Position numbers and translations under genes: made by a program. The notes beneath the pieces are model-generated. The model made no database searches and was not told the origin of the DNA. It saw only the letters and a program-made list of their open reading frames with translations. A stretch of DNA of 64,000 nucleotides from Candidatus Hydrogenedentota bacterium (GTDB lineage: Bacteria; Hydrogenedentota; Hydrogenedentia; Hydrogenedentales; SLHB01): positions 1,546,230-1,610,229 of the forward strand of contig CAXXTH010000017.1 in assembly GCA_963668025.2 (NCBI GenBank). The letters are read 5' to 3'. Each line of letters starts with the position of its first letter. Positions within the stretch are counted from its first letter, which is position 1. Shown here one piece after another: positions 28,801 to 37,839 of this stretch.

Positions 28801-30722
28801 GGGCGTCTTTGCGGAACCGCTCCTACGTCTCGCCGGGTGACTTGGTCCGCATGCCGCACTTGGCCATGACGGACAATCTATTCCCCGCAGGCGCGTCGGT
28901 GCTGCGTGCGGAACGGACGGACCAGGTGTTGGTGGGCCGGGGTTCGAAAGATAATGTGAAGGATATAGACGCCCTGGTGACATCGGGCACGAGCGCGGCC
29001 ATCGAGCTGAGCTGCGCGACAGCGGACTTCTACCAGGTATGGCCATATCCGACGGATCTGACCGATCCGACCGATAGAATATGGAACGCGAAATTCAACG
29101 CCTATCCTCGAGCCTGGTCGCCTATTTTCCTGTACAACCTGTATACCGGCACGGATGCCACGGATGCCCCTGGAAAATTCCTGAGTGAGGTGGAAGGATC
29201 ACCGCAGCGTGATGGTTTTGGCGTTGCTGGCGTGGACGTGCAGCTCAATTTTCTGTTCAAGACGCCCGACCAGTATCCGGTGCAGTTCAACACGCTGAAC
29301 CAGTTCAAATTGGCGTTGGATGATACCTCATTGAAGCCCTACTTGCGCCGCTGGCCCATCGAGAAGCGGGCCGTGATGTATGTGTCCGCGAACCTGAAAG
29401 AATTCGTGCCCAGCAATGAGGATCCGAATTACATGAGTCCTACGGACTCTGATGCGCCAGCCATTCCACCCGCCGAGGCCCTGTTCGTATGGGACGCCGA
29501 TGACGGCGTGGAAGACGGGGCGTATGACGTATATATCGCCACGGCGGATAATCTCGAACGGCTGAAGAACCTCTCGGACACCGCGAAGGCGAATCTCTTG
29601 TTCAGCCGGAGCGATGCGGGCTTGGAAGACACTGTGTTTGACGCGTATTCGTTGCTGGCCGCCGATGCGGCGACGGACCCGAGCGGGCTGGCGGTGACGG
29701 TCGAAATGTTCACGGATCAAAACGGCGACCGCCGCTGTTGGGAGAATGCCGCATCGAGCAACGTGCTCACGCCAACACCGGAAGGCTTGGACGCCATGCG
29801 TGCGACGGAATCCGCGGGGATGCTCGCGGCGGCGGAACCGAGTCCGGACGGATTGATTTATTATGGCCGCGTCGAGGTGGTGAATAATTACCTGGCGCTG
29901 TTTATCCGCAACTGGGGCCGCCCGAAAGAATTGAACCGCTTCTCGCGCGTCATTTTGGCATCGCCTCAACGGTCGGGCGGGCGCATCAACATCAACACGG
30001 CTGAAACCGCGATCGCGGCCACCACCGGGAGTGACACGACGATTACTACGTACGGCCGCGTCACGGGCGGCAAGGTGTTCAATCCATTAACCGGCATGCC
30101 GGGGATGTTGGCCTATAATTTTGATCCCGATTCGGCATCGGCGATGGTGCCTGCCGACGATGTGGATTTGGGCTCGAACAATGGCCCAGGCACATCCTCC
30201 CCGGATCTGTATGCCAATGTCGAGCCTGTACAGCAGTCCACCAGTGATCGGGCGTTTATTTATGACCAGGCTTTAGTCCGTTCTGAACAGCTCATTGCTG
30301 GTATGGCTTTCTCCAGGAGATTTGGAGGCGAGACAACGGAGCCGGTGCGTGATATGGCCGGGAAACCTTGGTGGTTCGACGGGCGGTATTACAAGACTCC
30401 GTCGCAATTGCTGACGCTGGATGGCTCGGAGGCCGATCCGGAACTTATCTCGCCAGGGCGCTTGGTGTACAACACGTTTTCGGGTGAAGACGAAGAACAA
30501 TACGAAGAAAAGGTGTTCCGGTTCTCGCGGATGGCGAACTTGCTGACCACGCGCTCAGATGTGTTCGAGATCAATATCCTGGCGCAGAGCGGGTATCTGT
30601 CCGCGACATCGCTGCAAGATGACAACGGCGATGGGCAGATCGACGAAGATGACCGCGTGGATTACCGGAACGACTTCGTGGTCACGGGCGAAAAGAAGAT
30701 GCGCTCCGTGTATGAACGATAG
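22830..30722 (+). CDS. Giant PilX/GspK-scaffold tip pilin (~2600 aa) with acidic Ca-type repeats and a lamin-tail-like domain
   Basis: QG/AALLIAVSML without Glu5, ADAGLAIA, ITDESSKPNINYA, ELKLVDGIG, RININTA, LTTRSDVFEI; about nine DGxDNDGDGxxDE repeats; INEVM...EWVELANVG..VDVRGWTL. Start 22830 or 22899. Confidence 0.8.
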   Translation: MLVEQRVCRVMAVAHRRKIGNLRMRRQRNHQGAALLIAVSMLFILLALVIYFYTATRFEWRMASNKRDTVQTQFIADAGLAIAQAYLRNDLEAHPAYTSNDHAWKSFFNGASLARKSWAWPLDNNDDLILPDNPEFLPSGRQGRAVPQVRFEALMRNAQNVRVSHPELSLETLLFDYTIPRQDPNYLDKQGFLDENDLNDLGDIIGTRYTFAADNLLLDKDKKYSFATPELFDPYEDWNAYTNPYLTEAETIHRWADVDTNGDGLRDAVWIPIPIDLPFDSDGIDNDLDGWVDEGPNMGSDGIDNDGDGEIDEFLEGNPPDGLDNDGDGIIDEMPEEDQTNGIDDDGDGDIDESDELNIQPAPETAVFVYFGGADGLDNNGDGNIDDASEQRLFLTCPLYIDINRDGDIDDTDFGYIGKIRMVQRDADTGEEKIVELIPSPGSTDVDVLDNDYSLIVNDSRGYVYPKDPAYQTDDDLANAYHIINSDYITSPTFDIEFDGETINDVPFVITSTGEPVCEVAGRVAVCITDESSKPNINYAHALAYRDFRVTSSDDGVLTRALDEGASPFEYDLRVLPDIGHILGANIASLRTGAADGKGYNVDADATQNLPNDAAYAFDVSLPGYGFTDDDGNAFWMSYDGLDNDGDGLVDEGVALPAALDYTGDGIIDYDDGDVGGTANNGLDDRYESLLGHFEGVDEPQELRLFRPYRNRLAESSDVDLDDNDVIGEIGQFGDRFYQTRTELKLVDGIGGEIYSDLANLFTVHSADKNDRYKFLDSSSAELETPELSGLKLNYNYAVADQIATALISDFGYASSVTRPEGDLDTPAKLRTAFSEGLRLEGLTFKSLDASGTAATSLLASTLKEFAYDGELRASQLAVNAEDNRDLNHARTERITTTPDDWWNKEIDTNANRQITYANTGVESIRINEVMVRATRRVEAEMLAALPSTTEEQEYKRWYPKGATQEYRPANFLVNLFSGLANYPDFNMVREAIPLSRISSAQEGTGGDTYDIGDAVTAHGWPGAAQTIGALPTPYGYSVGILGRHYDTYVTQYNANPLSNAYDAYMLAPYVGPASYVGFQAPVLTMDASNTNPSYEGRISATSLYIRDNSYDADLDRYGYHDVPNIVQFRFGPSPALPPGRYYLMVNTSKNGNGNTLATKTNATVLKGKEDKLQYVIKYGSAANDIMSDAIGDTIKFADFLGKGNGESYAEAAEFQPLLGTPIVGARKAMDLATPAGVDVETGYMFLPALSQPYTTATLPTGLDSTYTDLYDNYCMRPEFNAYTVVIPPYAAEGAEQDYLYVGIWKDPAYADEDLAINWFEFSQEPDHEWVELANVGAEAVDVRGWTLEVGQFGDPYHEDDHFVMRIGQPRDSEGALYPDDKIEIAPGGTLLLAMDKYDVGADQYAQSDSWPNDYGVLFRNGIGLCATNTSTTSTQWKVKPRTDSTSTIERYGFPMFGLVNAPLGESVTVPQSPMFDPRPSLTTGLANPNLNRPFNNLGSVFFRPMASTVVGSIDAAAVYKDFIDRDGDGVADLSTLDSATQETAAYGSFPNDYPPGYDYIDTTSASTNMFSTLTETFTDGRVRQIWPTKGEKPWDRIVQVESSRLRYLSSLEDLADMVLDGGVLPNYPEEDYSDNDSDYSVLADLHAGWGSDQIDNDSDDETDEDDEQELDAEGLGDGVDNDGDGVVDEAGEGTDEGRARLYAKRMEDPLSDVVTTKYAKPIPGALDSRQAAFRVGYYESATSTDIEYHSLTEGQDIVSSGNDNYESDYDYLGNAADSPEWKAFTERRYFPGDCVVLTLYEGAVGNGRIVDRLTYTQRDVENRSDEDLELDANYAGCTYTDEAGNRVAHYGSTVTPAIWPDNTMGVDFYRSLERKHPLYTGDLHGTQNRWEATDGNYDDWDSGQGPSFLSASAVIPWTSGLGVDTPYTGYAPNVSGSPLRMNFYQKGMEAEPNSTDAALNHFYNTAAAENQRPLRTLRDADQLPDWNFSRASLRNRSYVSPGDLVRMPHLAMTDNLFPAGASVLRAERTDQVLVGRGSKDNVKDIDALVTSGTSAAIELSCATADFYQVWPYPTDLTDPTDRIWNAKFNAYPRAWSPIFLYNLYTGTDATDAPGKFLSEVEGSPQRDGFGVAGVDVQLNFLFKTPDQYPVQFNTLNQFKLALDDTSLKPYLRRWPIEKRAVMYVSANLKEFVPSNEDPNYMSPTDSDAPAIPPAEALFVWDADDGVEDGAYDVYIATADNLERLKNLSDTAKANLLFSRSDAGLEDTVFDAYSLLAADAATDPSGLAVTVEMFTDQNGDRRCWENAASSNVLTPTPEGLDAMRATESAGMLAAAEPSPDGLIYYGRVEVVNNYLALFIRNWGRPKELNRFSRVILASPQRSGGRININTAETAIAATTGSDTTITTYGRVTGGKVFNPLTGMPGMLAYNFDPDSASAMVPADDVDLGSNNGPGTSSPDLYANVEPVQQSTSDRAFIYDQALVRSEQLIAGMAFSRRFGGETTEPVRDMAGKPWWFDGRYYKTPSQLLTLDGSEADPELISPGRLVYNTFSGEDEEQYEEKVFRFSRMANLLTTRSDVFEINILAQSGYLSATSLQDDNGDGQIDEDDRVDYRNDFVVTGEKKMRSVYER

Positions 30723-30778
30723 CGCTTTAGTGTTAAGTAAATTAACGTAACGTGAGTGATTGATTTAGTTGCCGGGAG

Positions 30779-30850
30779 TTCTTGGTGTCTTAGTGTCTTA
30801 GTGGTTAAAGATCCGGATCTTTCACCACAAAGACACGAAGACACCAAGAA
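30779..30850. repeat. 72-bp near-perfect palindrome built from short repeat units
   Basis: ttcttggtgtcttagtgtcttagtggttaaagatcc followed directly by ggatctttcaccacaaagacacgaagacaccaagaa; 33 of 36 positions pair. Confidence 0.85.
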
Positions 30851-30909
30851 TCTTTCCGCGATTTCGCAAAGCAAATGGCGAATAACAAACCCCTCTTTGG
30901 AGGTTTTAA

Positions 30910-33900
30910 ATGATGAATCGTAGCATGCATGCATGTATGGCCTTGTTGCTGGTATGCGCGGGCGGGACGGCTTGGGGGCAGACGACCGTATATGTCTCGC
31001 CGGACATTGCCAATTCCGCCGTGTTTCCAGCCACGTCGACCCCGGTGTATACGAGCATCCAGGAAGGAGTGGACGCGGCGGTCACTGCGTCGCGCAACGC
31101 GAGCCAAACCGTGCGCGTGGCCATCGAAGCGGGAGAATGGACGCTCACGGACCCGATTGAAGTTCCCGCGGATGCAAATATCCAGATTGTTGGAGCTGTA
31201 GCGGAGGACAGCGCCCGCGATGCCGCCGGAAGGCCGTGGGAAGTCATCATCGATGGCGGCGGGTACTTCGTTGCTTCGGCGGAAGATATCAACGGCGTTT
31301 TTTATATCCACACGGATACAAGCGGATTTCCCTCGAAATATCAGGGCGATGGCGCCAGTAATTTATTACTCGAAGGCTTGACCATCCGCAACGCGAAGTA
31401 TGGCGTGCAGATTCGCGGCACATCGGGCGCGGATGGTGCGGCCATTCAGCCTACGCTGAGCCGTTGCATCATCTTGGGCGGCTCCACGCAAACAGCGGGC
31501 GTCCAAGTCGAGCGCAACGCCGCGCCGCTGCTGGTGAACTGTTCCATCACCGGCTATTCGGTCGCCGCCACTACGGACGCCACCGCGAAAGATTACGAAA
31601 GCGGCATTGGCGTCCATGTCACCGCACCGCCGAACACCACCGCGAAGATATACACGGATATCCTGTTCTGTTCGATCATGATGAACTCGGACTACGGCGT
31701 GCTGGTCGATACCGGTGCGAATGCGCGGGTGCGCAATACGCTGGTCTACCGTAATGGCGATGGGCAAAACGGAACGTATGGCGCGGAAGGCGGCTTGGTT
31801 TGGCGCAATAGCGCGGCATTTATCGACCCCAGTTATGGCCCCTATGACGCCACGACCCCTGCGAAGATCAATGGATACGATTTGCTGGGCGGCGGCTCCG
31901 CCTCGGATGTAAAAGTCTACTTCGGCCCCCTGGATAAGGCGGAGGCGGTTACGCCTGCCGCTGGCAGCACCGAGACGCAGCTCAATGTGACCGTGCCGGC
32001 CTCGTATCTGGGCGCGCCGGGCCCGGTGGATGTGTATATCCAGCGGGGTGACGGCTTGCGGATCGCCGTCAAGGAAGCCTTCAACTATACGGCATCCACA
32101 ACAGAGCTGCCGCAAGTAACATCGGTTGCACCGGCCAAAGGCCCTGTGATCACGGCAAACACCGTCGATCCGCTCGAAAAGCGCGGCAACTGGGTGTATG
32201 TGTATGGCACGGGCTTCGAGAAGAACTGCCAGGTCTGGTTCGATGTGGATAATCCCTCGGGCCGCACGCTGGATATTACGAAGGATCTCCGCTCGGAGAA
32301 AGTCACGTGGATGTCTTCCTCCGAATTATATGTCAAAGTGCCCGCACAGCCCACGGCGGTAGGCCCGGTGGATGTGTTTGTACGCAATACATCGACCGCG
32401 ACGCCGCAAGTGAGTCCCGCGGGGACATTGCGCGAATATGAGTTCGTAGCTACGCTCACCCTGCCACGCCCGTCGATTGTGCAGGTGACCCCAAATATCG
32501 TACGCGAGTTGGATGCTTCCACCGGAACGGGCAACGAATCCCAGACCGTGGATATCGTGGGTTGGAACTTTGGCCCCGGCAAGCGGGAACTCCCTGCTGG
32601 TTCCGGCGTGTGGTATCCGCAGCCGGTGATTGTCAGGATTGGCGGCGTGGTCTGCGAATACGATGGGTTAATCGCCGACACCAGCCAAACCGTATCGGAT
32701 CCAGATAATGGCATTTTCCAAGGTGTGGATGACGCCAACGGCGATTCCTTCGACACGATTCAAAATGTGGTGGTGCCGGAGGCGTTCTACGGCTCGGGCG
32801 GCTCATACGATGTCGAAGTGGTCAACTTCGACGGCCAGTCCGATACGCTTCCCAATGGGCTTACATACTATGGCGACGGCGTGCCGGCCATTGATGACTC
32901 CTCCAAGTTCCCCTGGCGGCCCGCGAATTTCGCGGCCTTCGCCACGACGGGAACGGGCAGCGCCGCCACGCGGGTGCTGTATGGCTCCGGCTTTGATACA
33001 GGCCTGGGGATCACGTTCACGCAAGGCGCTGCTACGCGAACGCTCAATGGCGCGACAGCGGGCGTGGTGCTGCCCGGTGAGGCCGTAGCGCCGCATGTGA
33101 AACATACCCAGCGGGCCATCACGTTCTCCATGCCCTCATCGCCCAGCGAGATCGCCACGGCATTTGGCGACGCCGCTGGCGCGTTGAATGTGGCCATCGC
33201 AAACGTGCGCAATGTCGCCGGAGACGACACTTCCGTTGCAGAAAAAACGGCGTCCACCACCTTCAATTGGGTGGCGGCGGCGAATGATTTCAGCATTACC
33301 CAAGTGGCCGCAAATGCCTCGGGAACGCCCGCATGGCGGATGATAGGGAAAAATCTGGCTGCGGACATGCTGGTGTATGTCCAGGAAGAAGCGGCAATTA
33401 ATGTGGAGTTGGACGGCGCGGACTTGGTGTTTGATTTGCCCGAATCCGGCCTCGATGGCGTCTACGGCGCGGTGGATGTGGCGGCCAAGAGCGGCGACAA
33501 CTATTACGTGCTCGAGGGCGGGCTATTCCTGCCGCGCACCGACGCTACCGGTGCGGCGATTGCGCCTACCATTTCCTCCATCGAACCGCGCGTGCTGCCG
33601 CAAAGCGGCGGCGTGGAAGTGACGGTTCATGGCTCGGATTTCATCGGGCCAGCGGATGGGGCGCACTCGGCCACGCAGGTGTCTTTTGTGAGCGGTACAA
33701 CGACTCGAGCGGACAGCATCTCCGTGGCGGGCACATACCAGGTGGTTTCCGATTCCGAGATCACCTTTACGCTCGCGGCATCCCCGTTAAGCGGCGTGTA
33801 CGATGTGCAAGTCCAGCATGTCGCCGTAGCCGGTTCTACGGCGGTCTCTACGACGGCGGACACGCTATCCGATGCGGTTACGTTTGCAAGTTCCGTGTCT

Positions 33901-36900
33901 TCCATCACCGCCGTATTCCGCTGGGATCTGGCGCCGGCTCAGACCGGCCCGCCCAATTATGGGTACGCCGATTCCGCGACTGCCGCCGCACAAGGCCAGC
34001 GCTGGGGCGCGGTCCAGGGCGGCGATGTGCTGGTGATTCACGGCGCGGGATTCACCGCCGCGACGAAAGTATGCATCGGCGATGCGGAAGCGCGCGTGCT
34101 GGCTTCGGAGACGGTCACGGACCGGCTGGGCCATTCGTTCACCGCGCCAGCGGCATCCGCCACGGCGCTCTATGTCTTGACGCCATCCGCGCCGCAGGGA
34201 TTGCCGGGAACCTTCCCCGTGTCCGTGGTGAATGCCGACGCCGCATCCATCGCGCCCGAGTCCCAATGGTTCACCTATATCATGGACGGCCAGCCGGAGA
34301 TTACCTCCATCGAGCCGAATTACCTCGAGCGTGACGCCTCGAACAACGCCTCGGATACGAACGAGGGCGTGTATTTCACGATTCGCGGATACAATTTCAA
34401 TAACATGGTGGATGTGTTGTTTGACGTGGAAGGCGGGACAGATGACGCGACTGCTGAGCTGGCATGTTTCGCCGTTTCGCCCTACGAGATCGTCGTGAAA
34501 GCCCCTGCTTCGGACGCCACACTCGGCCTCAGCGATACGGATTACACCGATGGGGACGGCTTGGTCCAGGTCAATATTTCCGTGCGGAATGATGTAGGCG
34601 GCAGTGCCGCCGCGAAACAAACGAGCGCGGAAGCCCCTATCTATTATTACGATAGCGACACGATAACGCCCCCCAGCACGAAACTGCCGGTGCTCGAATT
34701 CAATGATGTCTACCGCAATTTCCGGGACTACATCAACGCAAGCCCCGGCGTGGGCTGCATTTCGGTGGACCCCATGCTCGACCCAGGGCCGGAAACCGTG
34801 AACGCGGCGGGGCCGAAAGCGGCGGTGCAGGCGGAGGAGAAAGATTGGTGGCCGGGCAAGCTTTCCGTGCGCGACACGGATAATGGCGTGGCCGACAACC
34901 CCCTGCGCGACAAGGCGGGCGATTATAATGCGGGGCAGTATGGATATGAAGACCTTGAACTGGATGGCCGCCCGAATTATGTAAGCCTGACGGGCGAATC
35001 CATCCAAGGCACGGGCGATGTCGGCTCCGCTAAATCGGATATCGGCGCGGACGAGATCACGCTGGGCGGTTTGACCGAGTTGAATTGGTATTACTGCAAC
35101 GTGACGCCGAATCCGGTGGGCGGCGAGGCGCTGCAAGCGGGCGGTCTGGATGTCGAGATCCGCATCCAAGGCCTGACGGGGCCGCTGGACGATACGAGAG
35201 GCATCTTCATTGTTCCGCAAGGCGGGAAGCCGGGCTTGCATAAAATTCCAATTACAATCACCTCTCACAACGGAAATAGCGTGTACTATGGCACGAATAC
35301 CAAGGCGATCCCGACGGTGCTCGACCGCATGAGCACTAGTGGTGCATGGGGGAGTGACACAGGTGCGCCCCGGCAGGGCGACATCATCGCCGACGGGCAT
35401 GCGGCGGTGTATATCAATGTCTTGGGTTTACATAACAGCGGAACATTTACAGGAAGCACTCTGGGACTCACGCTTCGAGACAACGGCCATATCACAAGCG
35501 AAGCCGTGACGGGGCGGCATTTCCTGATCGACACGATTCCGCCGCGCATCTACATCGAGTCATACAGCAAGGGTACGGATTATTATCTCACCCCGTGGGA
35601 TTTGATCCCATCGGGTACGTTGAATGACACCTATACGACCCAGATGATGGACACCGCGATCGGCGTGGCCAATCATGGTTTCACCCTGCCCGCCGTGACC
35701 TGGCCCGCTGGAAATTGGTGGAATGCCGCTGCATATCTGGGAGTGACGAATGTGAACTACGCCGCCCCCGTGGAATGGCAGGGGATTATCGTGAATCCCT
35801 TCCGCGTGGCGGGCACGCTCACGGCGCGGACCCAAAAGCCGCAGATCTTCCTCAATACCGGCTCGCTCGCGAATGGGCTGTATTCGGGGGATGATGGCCC
35901 CGATCTCGAATTCACGCTGCGGGCGTGGTTTATCGATCCCGTGGTGACGGTCGCGCCCACGGATACGCCCGCACCCTATTTCGACTCCACGAATTACGTT
36001 ATAGCAGGTTCGGCTAGAACTGGTTCGGACGATGATCCTTCCTATCCACGTAACGAGAGCAATTTCGCCGAGAACTTGAACACCCGCGAAGTGTCGGGTT
36101 TTACCTCGGGCGTTGTGACGCGCACGGGCGATAATGATTTGCTGGTGAATGAATACACATCCGCGAGATGGTTTTTCACACAGGGCGCGGACACCCTTGC
36201 CAGCGGGGCAACGAAGCCTAATGTGACGGCGACGTTCACAGGTCAGGCCGGTTCCACGGAGATAGTCCCACCGGTCAGTTCCACTATTACTCTCGATCTG
36301 GATACGGGCGATATCGCCGCGAATGCGGGGTTCAACCGCTCGAATCCTTCGAGTGTGACGCGATACAACAACAATGTGATGCTGGCGGAATGGAAGCTCT
36401 CCAACCTTGACTGGAAAATCGCGCACTCGGGGCCATTCACCCTCGAGTTCAAGCTGGGCGGGCGCGATAGGGCGGGCAATATCGCATCAACCGAGTCGCT
36501 CCTCGAACCGTTGCGGATCTATTGGGGCATTGATGTGCAGACCCGGTTCCTCACGACGCCCACTTCGTCGGATAACATCTCGTACACCTGGGAGCTGGTG
36601 CGGGGTTCCACGGCGGACCCGGTGACGATGGCGGAACCGAGCACCGTCGCGGGGCCAAAGCCGTTGTTCCTGCCGCGCCTGTACGTGAATACGGACATGC
36701 AGAACCAGAGCATCGACGGGCGTTACCAGTATTTATCCGGCACCGGGTTTAACTGGACCACGGCCACCTCGATTGACCGCAGTGGTTTCTACCAAGCGCT
36801 CAAAAACGCCGGGATGGATCCCGATAACAACGAGTTCTACGTGTTGTTTGTCGTGTTGGGCGCGGACGAGGCGGGCAACGTCGAGCCGTGGCGGCGGAAG

Positions 36901-37554
36901 GTGCCGGAGTGGATTGATCCCTTCGACGGCCTAGGCACGGCGGGTGATGCGCTTTTTGATGCGCCCGGACAGGCGGTCGATTTTAGCGCTTCCCCTGCGG
37001 GTGACACGGATTTGGGCAAGCGCCGCCGGGCCTGGATCGATCCGATCACCGGCAAGCTGCCCGCCTGGCATCGGTTCCGGTGGTCGAGCAGCGCCATGCC
37101 GGACACGCAGGTAAGCGCAGTCTATTGGTATGGCGACACGGATAAAACGGAAGGCCTGGGCCAAAGCGCGGGCGACCAGCGCCTGGGCGACAACGCGGTC
37201 ATCGTGATGCCCCCCGAGGGAACCGGGCTGACAGCGGCGGCGCAGTTCACGGTGAATGCCATTTATGCCAATCGTTCAAATCTCAAGATATTGTATAAGC
37301 TGGTGAGCCAGGATGATTCCACGTCAGACATTCAAACCATTGATGCTTCTCGAGGAGCGGTGGTGCTTGACTTTGAAAACCTGGGCGACCCCAACCGGCG
37401 CAAGCCTATCCGCTATACTTTTTCCGCGGCGGCGGAAACGGGCGCTGGCGTAATCGATCCGACTTGGACGAACGTGTCATTCATGGTGACACCACATAAA
37501 AATGACCCGAAACTGGAAGGTGGAAAGCAGGCTACTAAGGAAGTAGACGAGTAA
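30910..37554 (+). CDS. Large secreted protein: right-handed beta-helix, IPT/TIG array, Ig-like C-terminus (putative pilus adhesin)
   Basis: Sec signal (ALLLVCAGGTAWG/Q), LEGLTIRN / LVNCSITG / VRNTLVYRN beta-helix rungs, repeated PxITSIxP...V.V.GxxF IPT motifs, SVDPML...DIGADE, DRAGN and DEAGNVE; GGAGG SD. Confidence 0.75.
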   Translation: MMNRSMHACMALLLVCAGGTAWGQTTVYVSPDIANSAVFPATSTPVYTSIQEGVDAAVTASRNASQTVRVAIEAGEWTLTDPIEVPADANIQIVGAVAEDSARDAAGRPWEVIIDGGGYFVASAEDINGVFYIHTDTSGFPSKYQGDGASNLLLEGLTIRNAKYGVQIRGTSGADGAAIQPTLSRCIILGGSTQTAGVQVERNAAPLLVNCSITGYSVAATTDATAKDYESGIGVHVTAPPNTTAKIYTDILFCSIMMNSDYGVLVDTGANARVRNTLVYRNGDGQNGTYGAEGGLVWRNSAAFIDPSYGPYDATTPAKINGYDLLGGGSASDVKVYFGPLDKAEAVTPAAGSTETQLNVTVPASYLGAPGPVDVYIQRGDGLRIAVKEAFNYTASTTELPQVTSVAPAKGPVITANTVDPLEKRGNWVYVYGTGFEKNCQVWFDVDNPSGRTLDITKDLRSEKVTWMSSSELYVKVPAQPTAVGPVDVFVRNTSTATPQVSPAGTLREYEFVATLTLPRPSIVQVTPNIVRELDASTGTGNESQTVDIVGWNFGPGKRELPAGSGVWYPQPVIVRIGGVVCEYDGLIADTSQTVSDPDNGIFQGVDDANGDSFDTIQNVVVPEAFYGSGGSYDVEVVNFDGQSDTLPNGLTYYGDGVPAIDDSSKFPWRPANFAAFATTGTGSAATRVLYGSGFDTGLGITFTQGAATRTLNGATAGVVLPGEAVAPHVKHTQRAITFSMPSSPSEIATAFGDAAGALNVAIANVRNVAGDDTSVAEKTASTTFNWVAAANDFSITQVAANASGTPAWRMIGKNLAADMLVYVQEEAAINVELDGADLVFDLPESGLDGVYGAVDVAAKSGDNYYVLEGGLFLPRTDATGAAIAPTISSIEPRVLPQSGGVEVTVHGSDFIGPADGAHSATQVSFVSGTTTRADSISVAGTYQVVSDSEITFTLAASPLSGVYDVQVQHVAVAGSTAVSTTADTLSDAVTFASSVSSITAVFRWDLAPAQTGPPNYGYADSATAAAQGQRWGAVQGGDVLVIHGAGFTAATKVCIGDAEARVLASETVTDRLGHSFTAPAASATALYVLTPSAPQGLPGTFPVSVVNADAASIAPESQWFTYIMDGQPEITSIEPNYLERDASNNASDTNEGVYFTIRGYNFNNMVDVLFDVEGGTDDATAELACFAVSPYEIVVKAPASDATLGLSDTDYTDGDGLVQVNISVRNDVGGSAAAKQTSAEAPIYYYDSDTITPPSTKLPVLEFNDVYRNFRDYINASPGVGCISVDPMLDPGPETVNAAGPKAAVQAEEKDWWPGKLSVRDTDNGVADNPLRDKAGDYNAGQYGYEDLELDGRPNYVSLTGESIQGTGDVGSAKSDIGADEITLGGLTELNWYYCNVTPNPVGGEALQAGGLDVEIRIQGLTGPLDDTRGIFIVPQGGKPGLHKIPITITSHNGNSVYYGTNTKAIPTVLDRMSTSGAWGSDTGAPRQGDIIADGHAAVYINVLGLHNSGTFTGSTLGLTLRDNGHITSEAVTGRHFLIDTIPPRIYIESYSKGTDYYLTPWDLIPSGTLNDTYTTQMMDTAIGVANHGFTLPAVTWPAGNWWNAAAYLGVTNVNYAAPVEWQGIIVNPFRVAGTLTARTQKPQIFLNTGSLANGLYSGDDGPDLEFTLRAWFIDPVVTVAPTDTPAPYFDSTNYVIAGSARTGSDDDPSYPRNESNFAENLNTREVSGFTSGVVTRTGDNDLLVNEYTSARWFFTQGADTLASGATKPNVTATFTGQAGSTEIVPPVSSTITLDLDTGDIAANAGFNRSNPSSVTRYNNNVMLAEWKLSNLDWKIAHSGPFTLEFKLGGRDRAGNIASTESLLEPLRIYWGIDVQTRFLTTPTSSDNISYTWELVRGSTADPVTMAEPSTVAGPKPLFLPRLYVNTDMQNQSIDGRYQYLSGTGFNWTTATSIDRSGFYQALKNAGMDPDNNEFYVLFVVLGADEAGNVEPWRRKVPEWIDPFDGLGTAGDALFDAPGQAVDFSASPAGDTDLGKRRRAWIDPITGKLPAWHRFRWSSSAMPDTQVSAVYWYGDTDKTEGLGQSAGDQRLGDNAVIVMPPEGTGLTAAAQFTVNAIYANRSNLKILYKLVSQDDSTSDIQTIDASRGAVVLDFENLGDPNRRKPIRYTFSAAAETGAGVIDPTWTNVSFMVTPHKNDPKLEGGKQATKEVDE

Positions 37555-37683
37555 TAAGCATAAAGGTAGCGCAATAAGCAGTCTAGAAAATTACTAAAGC
37601 GATAATTGCGCGCCGGGCAGTTTTCGCAGATTAGTGAGAATTCGCGTATGAAGCGGGATACAGTTGTCAAAAACGTTTTTCCC

Positions 37684-37712
37684 TTGACAAGAGTTTATCC
37701 CTATACTAGAAT
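37684..37712 (+). promoter_or_regulatory. Sigma70-type promoter for the pilMN-O-P-Q operon
   Basis: TTGACA (37684-37689), 17 bp, TAGAAT (37707-37712). Confidence 0.7.
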
Positions 37713-37839
37713 CTGAATCAAAGGCTTACCAGGATTGGGCCGTTTCGTGCATTCCCAGAATGCACGATAATTTAAAGCAGCATGAGCGGGGGTGGCCGCG
37801 TGCTGCGGATCGGCCAACAACGTTGTGAGAAGGTGAGGG

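Noticed and set aside
33865-35400. 511-aa minus-strand ORF
   Set aside because: Antisense shadow of the 2214-aa gene in GC-rich DNA.
18364-37554. Diversity-generating retroelement or shufflon acting on the pilin/adhesin genes
   Set aside because: No reverse transcriptase, recombinase, template/variable repeat pair or inverted cassettes were seen in the window.
30910-37554. Naming the gene pilY1
   Set aside because: The position fits, but no PilY1 beta-propeller or vWA motifs were recognised.
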